A stretch of 64,000 bases of DNA, from contig OZ234493.1 of the NCBI GenBank assembly GCA_965153455.1, forward strand, positions 24,356,213 to 24,420,212, written 5' to 3'. The notes beneath the pieces were generated by a model. That model did not search any database, had not been told where the DNA came from, and saw nothing but the letters and a program-made list of their open reading frames with translations. Below, piece after piece: positions 34,511-48,300 of this stretch; within the stretch, counting starts at the first letter, position 1, and each line of letters opens with the position of its first letter. This DNA comes from Sphagnum compactum. Its lineage: Eukaryota. The translations under genes were made by a program, and so were the position numbers.

Positions 34511-37500
34511 CTAAGAGATGGAATTTCGCCATCCTTTGGCAGAGACTGTTGATGCTATGGAATGTGATCTCCGGCGCTCAATGGCAGTAGTAGTATTTGG
34601 AGTTGCAGAGGAATTGTGGCCTGTGAAAGTTGAGGCCACAAAAGTTGGAGCACTTGAGTAGTCATCCCTGCTCGGGTGACCAGACCCTTGCTTGCTTGTG
34701 GTGTTAGATGCCACTGGCGCTGCCTTGATATGACTACTAAGAATTCTCCAACCAGATGTCCATCCTCCTGATGCGGATAGGTTTCTCAATTTCTTCGGTT
34801 TTTCCATCTGCTCACAACATCAATCAAATTCAAACAAGTTCAAAATCAAGCAGAGAATTTTTTTGCATTTTTCAGGAAAGAAAGCGCACATCCTTACAGC
34901 TATTCACTCCTTCAGAAAATACCCATCTGCAGTTTTACTCAAAATCACCCTCCTACATTTTCTTCGGGTATGTTACTACACTCAATCACATGGTCAAAGC
35001 CAGGACCAAAGGATGTACAGAACTAATTGTAGTCTCCAAGGCTTTGACAGGATCTAAGAGAAGTTTTATGCATTTCATTCCAATGAAGACCAAGTGGGAA
35101 GAAGACAAAGTAAGAGATGATGATGATGGTTGATGATGATACCTGCTGTGACATGCCTGTATAATGTTCATGTTCCAGTTCTGAGAACTTGGACTTCAAT
35201 GTTGCAATTTCATGGTGCAGTGCCTTGATTTCACTGCGTGCACTTTGCCAGCTCTCCTCCAGTGACACACGACCCATGTTTAAGCCATCTAATCTGGGTA
35301 CGAGAATGTGGGGATTAGAGCCTGCCTGTGATGATGATGGTTCATGAACTGAAGGAGAGCCAACATCAATATGGTGGTGGTGGTGTTGGGTTTTCCTCTC
35401 AAGTGAACTATTGCCAGTGATGGCATTCCTGAGCTTTACTTGCTCACTGAAAAGGACCTGCAAAATAAAATGCGCCACACTCCAATGTTCAGTAGGTACT
35501 AACTACTTACCATCTCTTTGATCACTAGTTTTTCTGGTTTGTGTTTTGCTCCACTGAAACTATGAATCCCAGCTCCTAGCAATTTATGCAAAATTCATTA
35601 ATGTCAGTCCTATTGTGATGAAGGGAAAAAAAAGATAGAGAGCCAAACTACCTGAACGACGACACGGAGAGGAAGACGCTCATTTTGAGCTGCATGCAAG
35701 CATGCATCCAGTGAGAGTCGTTGGCAGTCCATAACTCGGCAAAGCTTTTTCCTTTCATGCTCTGTCATTGTTGGGTGCATCTGACAAACATTGCAACTCA
35801 TCATCACTAGATCAGCCAAAAATAAGAAAACAAGAAGCAAGCAACCAAGCAAGCAAATGTTTGTGTTTAGATATACTTATTCAGTCGAGTAGCGATTAAT
35901 GCTCAGAAGAAGTGAACAAGACGAAGACCTAAAAACAAAAGGAAAAGAAAGATTCTCACATTTCTTATGTACCCAAAAAACTATACACAAATTGCTAGAA
36001 TGTTTGGCTTATGTGCCTATGTAATCCCTTCTTGGACTTGATGAACCTGTCAAGGCTGGTAGGCTGCCAGGCCAGAAGTCTGCTGGGTGGAGGTATTGAA
36101 AATGTAGGGAGGTTTGAAAGATAGGTCCTTTCGAGAACTTGAAAACCCTTCAGATTATGAGGACACCCTAGCTGGGACCTTACAAAATATGTAAGGGCCT
36201 GTACAGCCTGGCTAGGACCAGTGTCAGTCTGGTATCAACTTTTGAAACTACCAGCTTGCTCCTGGTAGTGGGTCCGTTTCAAAACTTACATGGCAGCCTT
36301 GCACCTGATATTGGGTTGGAGACTGATGTTCAGCTAGTATGAGGCACATATACACCTAAAACTGGTATACCTGCCTCATACTAGCTGAAACTGGTATAAA
36401 AACTGGCACAAGGCTGGTATTACCAGTGTGGTTGGGTCCTTGATACCAGCATTGATACCAGGCAGGTTGTCATAACACCAGACCACAGGCCTATATACCA
36501 GACCAACAGTTTCTGGGACCTTAATAAAATTATGCAATGGCCTGTACAACCTAGTGGATGGAGAACTTACTCTATATAACGTAATTGATATATAGACTAA
36601 TTCTGATGGGTTTTCAAGCATTGAGAACTTCTCACGAATTAAGTCAACCTAAGAGATGACATTATAACCTAATGGTAAGAACATCTCCAGCGATGCTTAG
36701 TATGTGACCCTGCTTAGAATTATTTCTCACATCCAAGTCTAGTTATTACTTTTTTCCAAGCTCACCCATAAAACTGAAACTGGCACTGCAAATAGGTGGG
36801 AGACTACTAATAGCAACTCCACCTGGACCAATCAAACTATGTAGCCAATCAACAGCAGGTGTCAGGCGTTGCTGTGCCTTTTACCAGCCCCAGCAAACTG
36901 TGCAAAAATGCTGGGTCAAAACCATTTTGCTGAGCCAAACTGGCATGTTTTGACTTTTCTTCATCCAATTTTAATTTGCAGGGTCACATACTGAGCACTG
37001 GTGGAGTTGCTTTAAATAATAGCAAGATTCAGATCCAACAACACATGAGTGAATCAGAAAACAATACAAAGAGGAAACCCAATGTGAAATAATAGAGACT
37101 TTTTTGTTGATACAGTATTTAGTGGTTTTTGGAATGAGATTGTTGTTATTACCTTAAGATAAGTGTCAATAGCTCGATACAGCCCATCATCTGAAGCATA
37201 TGGGAACTTTGGCAGGGACCCTGCAAGCGCTTGGAACTTGGCCAAAGGCAAATTGGGATCCCGAGCAACTTCAGCCAGGTAGCTATTCATAAGCTTTGCA
37301 ACTCTGGCTTTTGTTGCGTGGGGTGTTGTTGGAGGTAACTTGTTGGGCACTAAGCTGCCCCCTCCTCCTTCAAACACATGTGAATTTTTCTCCACACCAA
37401 CAATGCTGCTTCTTGTTGGGCTATTATTTCTCAGGCCTGTTTGCTCCTGAAACCAAAACACACCCATAATGTGCAAGAAGAGTCAGCTCCCAAAATCACA

Positions 37501-40500
37501 ACAACAACAGAAGAATATGGCTTTTCGCATGAGGGCAGCAGTAGGCCTTGACTATTGAATATGGTAACAGCACATACTACACTGATGTCAAATCAGTGTA
37601 AATACCTCACAAATATTATCTGTAGAAATGGGTGAAACCACAAAGTTAAACTCAGGTATTTTCTATAGAAAAATGCATGGAACTCACAAAGTTTACCTCA
37701 TGGATATTTTCTATAGAAATGGATGAGAATCATAAAGTTCACCTCACAAACGTTTTCTATAGAAAAACAGATGAAGTCACCAAAAAAAGTTCATGTCACA
37801 GATAATTTTCTATAGCAATGGATGGAACCACATAGCTCACCTTACGCATATATTCTATAGAAATAGATGAAACCCAAAAATTTTACCTCACAGATGTGTC
37901 ATGAACCATGGCTCTATCAAAATATGGCTTATTTTCGACATGAGTTATCTGTCACAATAGATCTCAGGTAAACCTTATATTGTGTTGTTACCTTAAACCC
38001 TAAACCCTGTGACAATATTACAGCAATCGATGTGGTCAATTTGCACATAAGCAAGTGCCAATCTGATATCTTGGGAGCAGAGGAAACATGTCAGAAGTGA
38101 CTCACCTTAAGCAAGAAGTGGTCGAAAATCCGTTGCACAATGTCAATGTCATATGAGTAGCCTTGAGTACTAGTAGTACTGTTGTGGGTGGGGGAGGAGG
38201 AGGAGGAGGAGGAGGAAGAAGATGATGGGATGAGAAGGTCATGTACAGAAGCTTGCTCCAATTGCAATCCTATCCTTCTCTCTAACTCTGTCCTGCATGT
38301 CAAGCCCACATCTAACTGACACGCAAATTGCAGTAATTGGAGCAGAAAATTGCATGAGACTGCATCTTGTTGTGGAGGAAGCATTTTCACAATCCCTTCT
38401 ACCAATTGCCTGGCAGCATCCTGCTGCATCTGTGTGATCAACCTCATGTGCCTTGTATGCTGATGATCCTCATCATGATGGACTAGCACAATCTCCTTTC
38501 CTGTTGTAATATGGTTCTCTGATATGTTGTTGTTGTTGCCCGAGTTGTGTTGTGAACGAGTGACATCAACAGCAGCAGTGTTGTGATGATGATTTGTTGT
38601 TGTGGTGAAGGACTCGCCACCACCACCACCTTTCCTTTTGGTTTTCCTCGCAAGTCCTGGAAGCCACTTATATGCATACTGAGAAATCGCAGCACCCACA
38701 AGAGTATAAGCCATGCCTTTGGCTTTGATTGCTGTCATCACTATGCTGAATGTCTCAAACAAATCTAGGTTGCACACAACATCTTCAATCCACCAGTCAT
38801 GTGGAATGTGTTTGCCAACCACAGTTGTTGTGTTGCTGCTGTCATTGTTGTTGTTATTGTTGTTTTTGATTCCATCCCAATTTGCAGCTCTGGTGCTGCT
38901 GCTATTGTTGCTGGTGCCATCATTACTACTAGAAAAGGACCAGTGGGTTGTTGTTCCATGAGGATCAGTGCAAGCCTTCCATGCAATTGCTTCACTACAC
39001 CTTCTTGTGATTTGCAGATCTTCAGCCCAAGGTGAGAGACTTTGACACCTCTGCAAAACGGTGATGGAATCCTTCCATGAAGCCAGCACGACAAAGTTCA
39101 AATAATGCTCAGTCTTTGACACCAAATTCCCACCTTCCAAACTGTTGGTCATTTCGAGATACTCAGCACCACAGCGAAGTGTGGCTACATTGTACGGAGT
39201 AAGCTCAATTTCCATTCCATAGCAAAACTTGGCAGCAAGCTCAAAGGCTTCAGCTCCTCCAGGCATCCCATCAAGCTTGATATGGTACTTGTTTGTGTCT
39301 CGAGACTCAAACACAAGTCTGTTGAGCCGTCCACTCCTTGAAAGAAGAGGGAACTATGAAGACAAAACACAGACACAAAACGCGCACACACACACAAACA
39401 AATTTCTTTGAGAACTTCTTGTAGCAGAATCGGTTGATCATGGGTGGTTGCAGCAAGCAGCAAATGGAAGGAAATCATATGTGGACCGAAAAATCAAAGA
39501 GTGGGTCTTGATAGACACAAAAATTTCAAAGAGGAAGTACAGTGAGAGTTTCATACCTTATGAAGATAAAAGTGGCTATCTGCTACTTCCACTAATAAGT
39601 TGCTTTGCAGCTCTGTTGCCGCAAACCTGTAAAAGGAAGCAAAACACATGCAAACCCGTAAGCAATGTGAAACAACAAACTGCAAAGAACTCCTCTAGAA
39701 AATTTCTTCATGTCAATAACATCAAGAAGATGTTGATGATCGCAAAGTGAAGGATTCTTCCTAGATCAAGGATGGATCATGCACAAGAAGAATTCCTTGT
39801 GGTTGCAGTGCAGGAGTCTTCTTTGAGCAAGGATGGTTGCACCAGAATCCTCGCAATTGCAGTAAACTTGGATTCTTTCTTGATGATCAAGGATGGTTGC
39901 ACAAGGATCCTTGTGATTGCAGTGAAGGAAGAAGGATCCTTTGTGATTGCGGTGAAAGATTCTTCCTTCAACCTGAATGGGGTGCACAAGGATCCTTGTA
40001 ATTGCAATGGAGGATTCTTCCTTGATCAAGGATGGTTGCACAACAATCCTTCGGGATTGCAGTAAAGGAAGGATTCTTCCTTGATCAAGGATGCTGGTTG
40101 CCACAAGGATCCTGGTGATTTCAGTGTATATATATGAAGGCTATGGTGCAGTCAGAGTTTGAAGAAAACAGGGGACAGGAGAAAAAAGAAGCAAGAAGAA
40201 GAAGAAGAAGAAGAAGAAGAAGAGGTTGGGAGGGAGGAAGGGTGGGCAGTTCTGAAGGTTGAAGAGATGGGTTACCAACTCTGGTTCTTTGATTCTCTTC
40301 TCAGGAATTTATTACTGCTGTGAAGCTCTGCAGGCATGCTGTGATGGTGATCACCATGGCCACCACTGCTGCTGCTACTGCTGTCTTTCTCTTCAATTTC
40401 CTGCCTGCTCTGATAGTTTTCCAGCATCTGGGTTTGAGGAGGAGTTTGGCGAGGCTGATGGTAGACTCCCTCGTTGCTTGCCGTCTGCTGCTGCTGCTGC

Positions 40501-41492
40501 TGATTTCTATGATGATGGTTTCTCACGTAGATAAGCCCCCTTTCACCGTCGCTTCCACTGTTGCTGTCGTTGTCGTCTTGTTTCTCATGCTCCCCTTGAT
40601 GGATTTGCTTGTGCTGCTGCAGCTGCTCAGAGCTGCTGACATCGCCGTCGTGGTCGAGTATCCGCAAGCTACTATTGGTCAGGATCTGCTGGTGCTGACG
40701 ACTCCGTCTGCTGCTTCTCTCGGCAATCTCTTGCACGGATTGACGAACTCCCGCACTCAGAAGCTCCCCGGGAGACCGAGCACTATGAAGTTTTCGCTCC
40801 TCTCTCTGCTGTTGCTGCAATGTTGTCTTCAAGTCTCCTCCGTTGTTGTTCCCGGAATTGTTCCTCTTCTGTCGACTTCCATTCCTGCGATCCGTCCTCT
40901 CGTGAATGACTAAATCACCGCCACTCTTGGAAAGCTTCTCGAGTCCAAGAAGCGTCGAAGAAGAAAGAAGATGTCTCTGAGGAGCAACAGCAGCAGCACC
41001 ATTACCGTTGCTGCTGCTGCGCATGTTCCGCGCACCCACATTGGAATGCTGCGCTTGTTCTTGTTCTTGTTCTTCAGGTTCTTCTCCATGACTGGTGTGC
41101 TGCTGCTGTTGCTGCTTCTTTTCCAGGCGATGACGAAGATAGGTTCCAAGGATTTCTCTATCTGAAATGGAGTGGTAACTGTGATCGTTGCTGCTGATCT
41201 TCTTGATGGTTTTGTGCGCATACTCCACGAATTCTTCTTCCATGCCATAGCTTGACAATCGCTGCTGCTGCTGCTGCTGATTATGATGAAGACCCGGGCC
41301 TGCTGCTGCATTACTACTAGAAGCAACCACTACAACATTGTCGTCAGGGCTGGAGGAGGAGATTCTGAGACTGGCCAGACGGCTGCGAACTCCAGACAGC
41401 TCTGCTGCATCACGAGACTCATGCACGCCACCACCACCGCCATTGACACGACGATCACCCACTTCAGCTTCTACGCCGTTATGGTGCATCAT
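34511..41492 (-). CDS. NPH3: NPH3/RPT2-like (NRL) BTB/POZ + NPH3-domain protein of NPH3 type; exons 41492(start uncertain)-40276, 39626-39557, 39353-38106, 37446-37153, 35780-35652, 35457-35143, 34807-34511 (~1190 aa)
   Basis: [17 protein letters not shown]...[15 protein letters not shown]...[50 protein letters not shown]...[42 protein letters not shown]-terminus WRNSIS as in NPH3. All splice phases are consistent. Confidence 0.93.
36679..37012. mobile_element. Tourist/PIF-Harbinger-like MITE in an NPH3 intron
   Basis: About 34-bp imperfect TIRs (gaacatctccagcgatgcttagtatgtgaccctgc / gcagggtcacatactgagcactggtggagttgctt). TAA flanks both sides (36676-78, 37013-15). Confidence 0.88.
37600..37900. 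repeat. Degenerate ~48-bp tandem repeat in an NPH3 intron, about 6 copies
   Basis: ttttctatagaaatggatgaa.c.caaagtt.acctca recurs. Confidence 0.8.
39750..40125. repeat. Degenerate ~60-bp tandem repeat in NPH3 intron 1
   Basis: gatcaaggatggttgcacaaggatccttgtgattgcagt...ggattcttc recurs about 6 times. It explains the spurious ORFs at 39766-40104. Confidence 0.85.
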
Positions 41493-42491
41493 GTGATGAG
41501 ACGCAGCAGCAGAAGAAGAAATCCTGGTCGTCGCCGGCGTCGAAGGAGGGCTCTTCTTCCTCCTCCTCTTCTTCTTCTTCTGCTCCGTCAACAGCTCGTC
41601 TCTCCTCTCGGGACTTTGATCAGATCTTCATAGCTCTACCTCGATGGCTTCACGATCGTTAGCCAAGTGCTCCCATGATCACCAACTTCTGCTACAGAAA
41701 TCCCAAAACCCCACATCACAGTTCCAGTCCTTGCTACCAGTACGAGCACTAATTCCCCTTTTACTCTGCTGCTGGTCCTTGGTCCTTGCGACTATCCTCG
41801 CTGCGGATCCTGTCCTGTCCTTGCTACTGTCGGCATTATCAATCAATAAATCAATCAATCAATCAAGCAGCAGCAACAACAACAAAAACATCAACCGTAG
41901 CTGCTGAACAGATTCGATCAGACTTCAGTTCAACGACAAGACAAACAGCAGCATCATGCTCTACGTCTTCTTTCTTGTTTTTGTTCTTGTTCCTCCAATT
42001 CTTGTGCAATAACAGAAGAAGAGAGATGCTCTGCTGCTGCTGCTGCTACTGCTGCTACTGGGTACTGGATTTTCTTCTCTATTTTTTTTTTTTTCCTTCT
42101 TCTTCTTTGGTTATTTGCAGATTGCAGGAGGAGACAGACAGACGGACACAAAGGACACAGGCACGACAACGCGCACGCCCGCCTGGCCGCGCGGAGGAGG
42201 GAGTTGCGTGAGTTTGCCCAGAGCGCCGAGCGAGAGCGAGAGCGCGGGCGCGCAACCCACGCACGGACGGGTCCCCAGTCTCCCCTTCTCCCCCGCCACC
42301 CGTCCGTCACATGGAGCCAAGCGACGAAGGATCGAACCCCACCATTCGATCTGGCAGCATTTAATTTAATTTATAATAATTTAATTTACCCATTTTTGGG
42401 GTTCTTTTGCTCATTTTCTAAATATGTAAAATGATTTTTTTATCACCCCCCCCCCCCCCCCCCCCCAATTCATTTTCCTAATGTGTAAAAT

Positions 42492-42530
<39 letters not shown>

Positions 42531-45309
42531 CCATTTTGGTTCTTTTGGTCATTTTCCAAATGAGTAAGTAAAACATTCTTTTTTTGGTTCTTTGGGCCCA
42601 TCCCAAGTGCTTCAAATGAAAAATCTCCCCCATTTTGGGTTCTTTTGGTCATTTTTCCCCTAATGTGTAAAAATTCTTTTTTTAATCCACATATTGGGTT
42701 TCTTTTGCTTTTTTTAATTTTTTTTCCAAATAAAATTTCTTCAGTTTCCCATTTTGGTTCTTCTGCTTTATTTTCCAAATGCATTACAAAAATGGTGTTT
42801 TTTTCTCAATTTCCAATTCATAATTCAACTTGTACACTTCAATATGTCCTCGCACTTCAACATTTTTTCAAAAAGTTCTCCTTTGTACATATAATGTTAC
42901 CACATCATGCCAAACTATTTACTCTAAAATTTACATTATATGAATCTCGAATCCATGTTCGTATAATAGGAATAGTCGAATGCAAATTGTTTAAGAAAAA
43001 CAATTTGCAATGAAATGATAGTGTATTTCAACATGAGATTTCATTCATAGTTTGTTTATACAAATATTATTAGATATTACTTGGGTGAATGAATTCCTTG
43101 TCAATATTTCAATTCATATTGTACTAAAGCCTAATTTAACCCCTACCAAAACTACCTTTGTGACATCAAAAAAAGAATGTTGTTTAATGCCCAATCACTT
43201 CGCCTAGTATAACTTCTTTGTAACTTTTAAGTTTATGTTTAACTAATATCCTTTTTCTTAAAAAATAATTTTTTTTTACATTAATGCTTACATTAAGCAT
43301 TAATTTTTTACTAAACATTAGAGATGTTTAATGTTCACCAAACCTACATCTTTCATGTTCCGACCTTAGTACAAGTGCATGCCTCATATTGACATGTATT
43401 CTTTTGATGTTTTTGCATGATGTTTCATACTTGGCTAGGGTTCTCACACCTTTGAATTAATTGTGGGCCTTCTTTAATGTATGGTGTATATGACCCATCA
43501 TTGATCAAATATGTGTTCACCTTTTGTGATATGATCATGACAATAAACATACATGGATGCATGTTGTAATAATGCATGGCACCTCTAAATTCATTCATTG
43601 CTTGTGAAATTGACTTGCATGTCAAATGAAGGTAAACTATATACACTTCCTTTAGCCATACTCAACTTTTCTCAACAACAACAAGGGAACATCATATTGT
43701 TCAAAAATTGGGTTCACACCTTACTCGACAAAGGGAACATCATATTGTTCAAAAATTGGGTTCACACTTTACTCGACTTTGTCATAGGTGGATTGAACAC
43801 ACATAGATTTACCTTTTGCAATCATGTCTCACATGAGAATTTTTTTTGCCTTAGAGACAACACAATTAGTAAAGGAAATGGAGTTAATACAATTAAAACC
43901 CTAAACATATTAATTCCTTTTTAATAATCAATTTTTTTTTTTTATAGATGACTACACCAATGTAACTTGGGGGTATGAAAGGGTTAAAAAAAAGGTCCAA
44001 CATTTTTCCATCTTATCATATTATCTTTCACCAACAAGTTTCCATTACACTACTACAAAGGATGCAAGCATCTTCCATCTTTTGAAGTTAGGCAATAGTA
44101 GTGAATATAGCCACCTCTTAGCCTTAATTGCAATCTTTTTCCTATTTTTTTTATGGGGTTTGAGGGCCTTGAGGGGGTCTTTTTAAAATAACAAAAATTG
44201 AAGGGGGATGCAACACCAAGCAACAAAGTCAAAAGAGAGAGAGGAAAAAAAAAAAGCATACCCAAATTTAAAGTTAATTGGCATAATTGGCGTAATTAGT
44301 TATTTTTCAATTGGCATATTTTTTGCCAAAAAGAATACATTAAACTGTAGAACTAGCCAAAAAAAAAATTTAAAAGAAAAGAAAAAGAAACCCATACTTA
44401 ATCCAAAGCATCCATATTTTTTAAAATTTGAGGCTATTTGCTCACTGAGAAAACCGAGGTTTGATTTTTTTTTTTGGCAATATGGGAAATTTTCTAGAGT
44501 AACAACATGACAATTTTGGCAATTTTGTAATATTAGATTTTTCATGGACATTTTTCAACAACAAAAAAGCCTTGTTTCAAAGTTAATAGTAATACTAATT
44601 CCAATGTAGTTTTTCCTAATTAGTAAAGACCCTCTGGAAACAAAATGATTTTTCTCTTTGGATTTGCACTTCTGGATATTGAATATATTTGAATATCCCA
44701 TTTTGGCAAAGAATTATGGCATGAATTATGGCATTACTTGGAACATCATAAGGAATAGACACTGCAAAAGACAATGAAATTCATCCCAATTTTTTTTTGT
44801 TTTCAATGAATTTCATCTATCATTATTCACTTTTCATCCATGATAAGTATTTATGAAAGCTTGTTTTTTGAACTAAGGAAGGTTGGTTGAACAATTTGAG
44901 TCATGAAAACATTTTATAAAAGCCCACATTTATTTATGGCTATTTGCGTACTTATATAAACATTTTTATTTGGGTATTTATGAAATAGCCATAAATAAAT
45001 GTGAGCCCAAAAAATACTATCTTATGTGTGTTTGAAGGAGTTGTTACATTTTTTCATACACTTTGAAGTGTCCCGTCTCTTTGGCGGCAACAAAAATGTG
45101 AAACGTTCAAGCAACAAGAAATGGAACTACAGCTTTTATTTGAACAAATAATTATTGGGCATCCACAAGAGTTTCTAATACTTGGAAGGACTCCCAACAT
45201 GACAAATTTTGGGTTGAAATACAATCCAGTTTCTTATTTGTTTGCCATCAAAGAGAACTAGTATACAAAAGTGCGCACCATGAACACCAGGGCGGCAGTG
45301 CCTCATCTA

Positions 45310-48300
45310 CTACCGGGTTGAATGATTGGTCCAGTTCTCAAAGGCATTGAAAAGTATAGCCAACACTGCCCATATTAAAATCACAAACACCCAACATTGA
45401 CCTGAGAAAGGTGAGGCATGGACGTTCTTCGGTAAGGGGAGCGGCTTCAACACCGTTTTCTTTTCGTCCAACATATCCATGTACACTTTCGCAAACACTC
45501 TGCATCAAAACAAAAATGCTACTTAGTTGACCAGCGAAGAAGACTGTTACTCCTCATATCTAATGAAATTGCAAAAGAAATCTCGTCAACAACAACAATT
45601 TGAAAGGTAACATAATATGACATTTGAGTTGCAGTGATAACCTTATGAGAGCAATCTTGTATACTTACTTTCTTGAGCAGTAGACCATGGTAGCAGGAAT
45701 GATGAACATGACAGCACACCCTGCAAATGCACCTGTTATGCCCACCAGCTCATCCACCGACATATTCGAATGCTGCCAATTCATGCTCACATATTAGGTA
45801 CTGTCTCAGATTCAGGGTCTATTTAACATGTCACTCTCCCAGAGCCACATTGTTATTGCATGGTTTGCTGGCTGGCCCTTCACATCCCACATCCATGTGT
45901 TGTAGTCTCTTCACCCTCCATGTCTAGACCAAACAACAAGCTTGCATATGGAAGCTTAAGTCTTATAATTCCCATGTTGTGAATTCTGGTTCAACAACAG
46001 CAGCTCCTGTCGTTGTTACAAGCATCATGCAACTATTATGAAGGAACAAAGCAGCAAGCTGTATACATCTGAATTGTAGGAAGAAAATCTTCTACTTTGC
46101 AGCTGTTAGCCTACCAGACATATATACCTATGAGATTGCAGGAAACCCCACAATAACACTTTGAAGGTAAACTTTATACTAGACATACATCTATTGAGAG
46201 AAGTGCAAGCAATGTCAACAGTTTCACTTGGAACTCCGCTTTCCACATAACACTCTATCTTCTTTACCAATGCAGAAATCTTGGAGGAAGCCAAACCTCA
46301 GCAATATAACTAAAAAAAGTGGGAGGTAGAACAGCCAGCAATGTCAACAGTATTCGCCGACGCCCAGCTGCACAGGCGACTTGCTGTGGTGACCTTGCTA
46401 CAGTCTCAAAGTGTGGAGCATTCCTTGCTGCAAAAATGTACCACCCAAGTTCCCATTTATCCAAACTGCGTCTGTCCATATTATAGTCACATTCAGCAAT
46501 AAAAACATCACATCTTGCAAGTGTCAAAGCAAAAAAACACCTCTGTTGATTAAAGTAACCAAACTTTTGACTACAAACAGCCAGCTAATTGAAGCATAAA
46601 AGGATACAGAAATCACCAAAGATTCAATACTCCCTCCCCTCAACATACCTTTTCTCAATAAAAGCTGAAATAGGGTGTCAAGGTTGTTCCGCAAGGTGAT
46701 GGAGAGCATAGGAAAATTGGAGGATAGTGTAAACACTGCTCCCACAAGCCCACATCCAAGAATATGATCACCCCAACCAGAACCAAATAACTCCACAAGC
46801 ACTCAACACCTGGCTGAAATTGCATACACAGGTGGAAGCTTGATTGAACTTGCTTCAAGCACAGAAACTTCTGCTACTACACAAAATTGTAGAAGGAAAT
46901 TATTCATGGAAGGCCTAGTCCAGTAAAAGACTTGAACTTGACAAACATAACAAAGAGAGCCAGATATCGACAAAAACAAAATCAGCACAACCCAATACCC
47001 AAACACAAACATTTCAAGTGAAGCAGCAATGACAGTGGAGAGACTGTATTGCTCTGCAGGATGTAACGCACCAGGAAAGAGAAAAAGGACATCACCAATG
47101 ATGCCATACTCTGGAACCTCCAGTTAATGAAACATTAGGTGCATCAATGGTCCTTCTCCTCAGATATGCCCCCATGATGGAAGGATATTATCAGGAACAT
47201 TAAATAAGAAACTAGGCATTCACAAAAAGCATCACTACACTGAAGTTTATGATGGATACGTTGTGGGGGAAAATTGAAGGTGATAGGATCCAAGACACCA
47301 GTACCTACAAGACATCAAAGCCACAAAGTCAGACTAAAATATGAACTCTGCCTTTCACACCACTAGTGTTGTGTTACATCCATCAAGAGAAGTTCAGAGC
47401 AGTCCAGAATTAATCTCCTCCACACTAAACCAACAATAACACATCAACAACTCTATTGTCTGATAATGATGCGCCTTACACCAAATAGGATGATCGAGCA
47501 GGCTCCACATAGCCCACAGTTCTCAAAGTAGCGCACAAACATCATCCGCCTCTAGCCAACATCTATTAACCTTGGCTGTGGCTGCCAATGATCAAGGATA
47601 GTAGCATTCACATACCAAAAGCAAGCCCACAGGAGATGAAGAGAGACAGATATACAACAATCACACTCATAAATGCCATTCCCACGATGCGCAACACCCG
47701 TGATTTGTCCCGCATAGGTGTAACAATGCTTGGCAAACTGCATGCAACTCCAATTGACATAGTACGTTACTGGACTCACAGACGAAGTAAGGTATACAAG
47801 ACCCTACTCTGGTCTCTCATGAAAATATTTATTGTGTTTGCATTCTCATCACTAAGCTCCCATGCTACAGATCCACAATTATCTTTACTTGTAACATGTG
47901 GCATTACTGTGTGCAGTTCCCATTTGCACCTAACATGCACAGTATATAATATAGCTTGATCCTCCCAAGGCCCATCAAATAGAAGCTAACATCTCAGCAA
48001 ACATTGAAGAGAAAAATGCATACACATACCTGTGGTGGCACATAAAAGAGTATACAGTGCCTCCAAAGAGATTTGGCAAAGCTCTGCATTAATAGTTTCC
48101 TTCATCAGACCTTTGATCTCACCAGGCCAATCAAACAGACAGAACTGGCCATTTGTGTAGATTTCTGGCCACGGGAATTCTTTGGTCATCCCAGAAACCA
48201 GCAACATAAGCAACTCTAGCTGCTAAAAAACGTTAAGGGTTCAATTTTCAAACTGAGGTAGACAGCCAAAGAATCAAATGGAGAAACTTTGCTTACAACA

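Noticed and set aside
40320-41633. Plus-strand Leu-rich ORFs (197, 116 aa)
   Set aside because: They are antisense shadows of the CAG/AGC-rich NPH3 exon 1.
43683-43778. 48-bp direct duplication (similar ~77-bp duplication at about 57709-57850)
   Set aside because: These are simple local tandem duplications in degenerate intergenic DNA with no sign of function.
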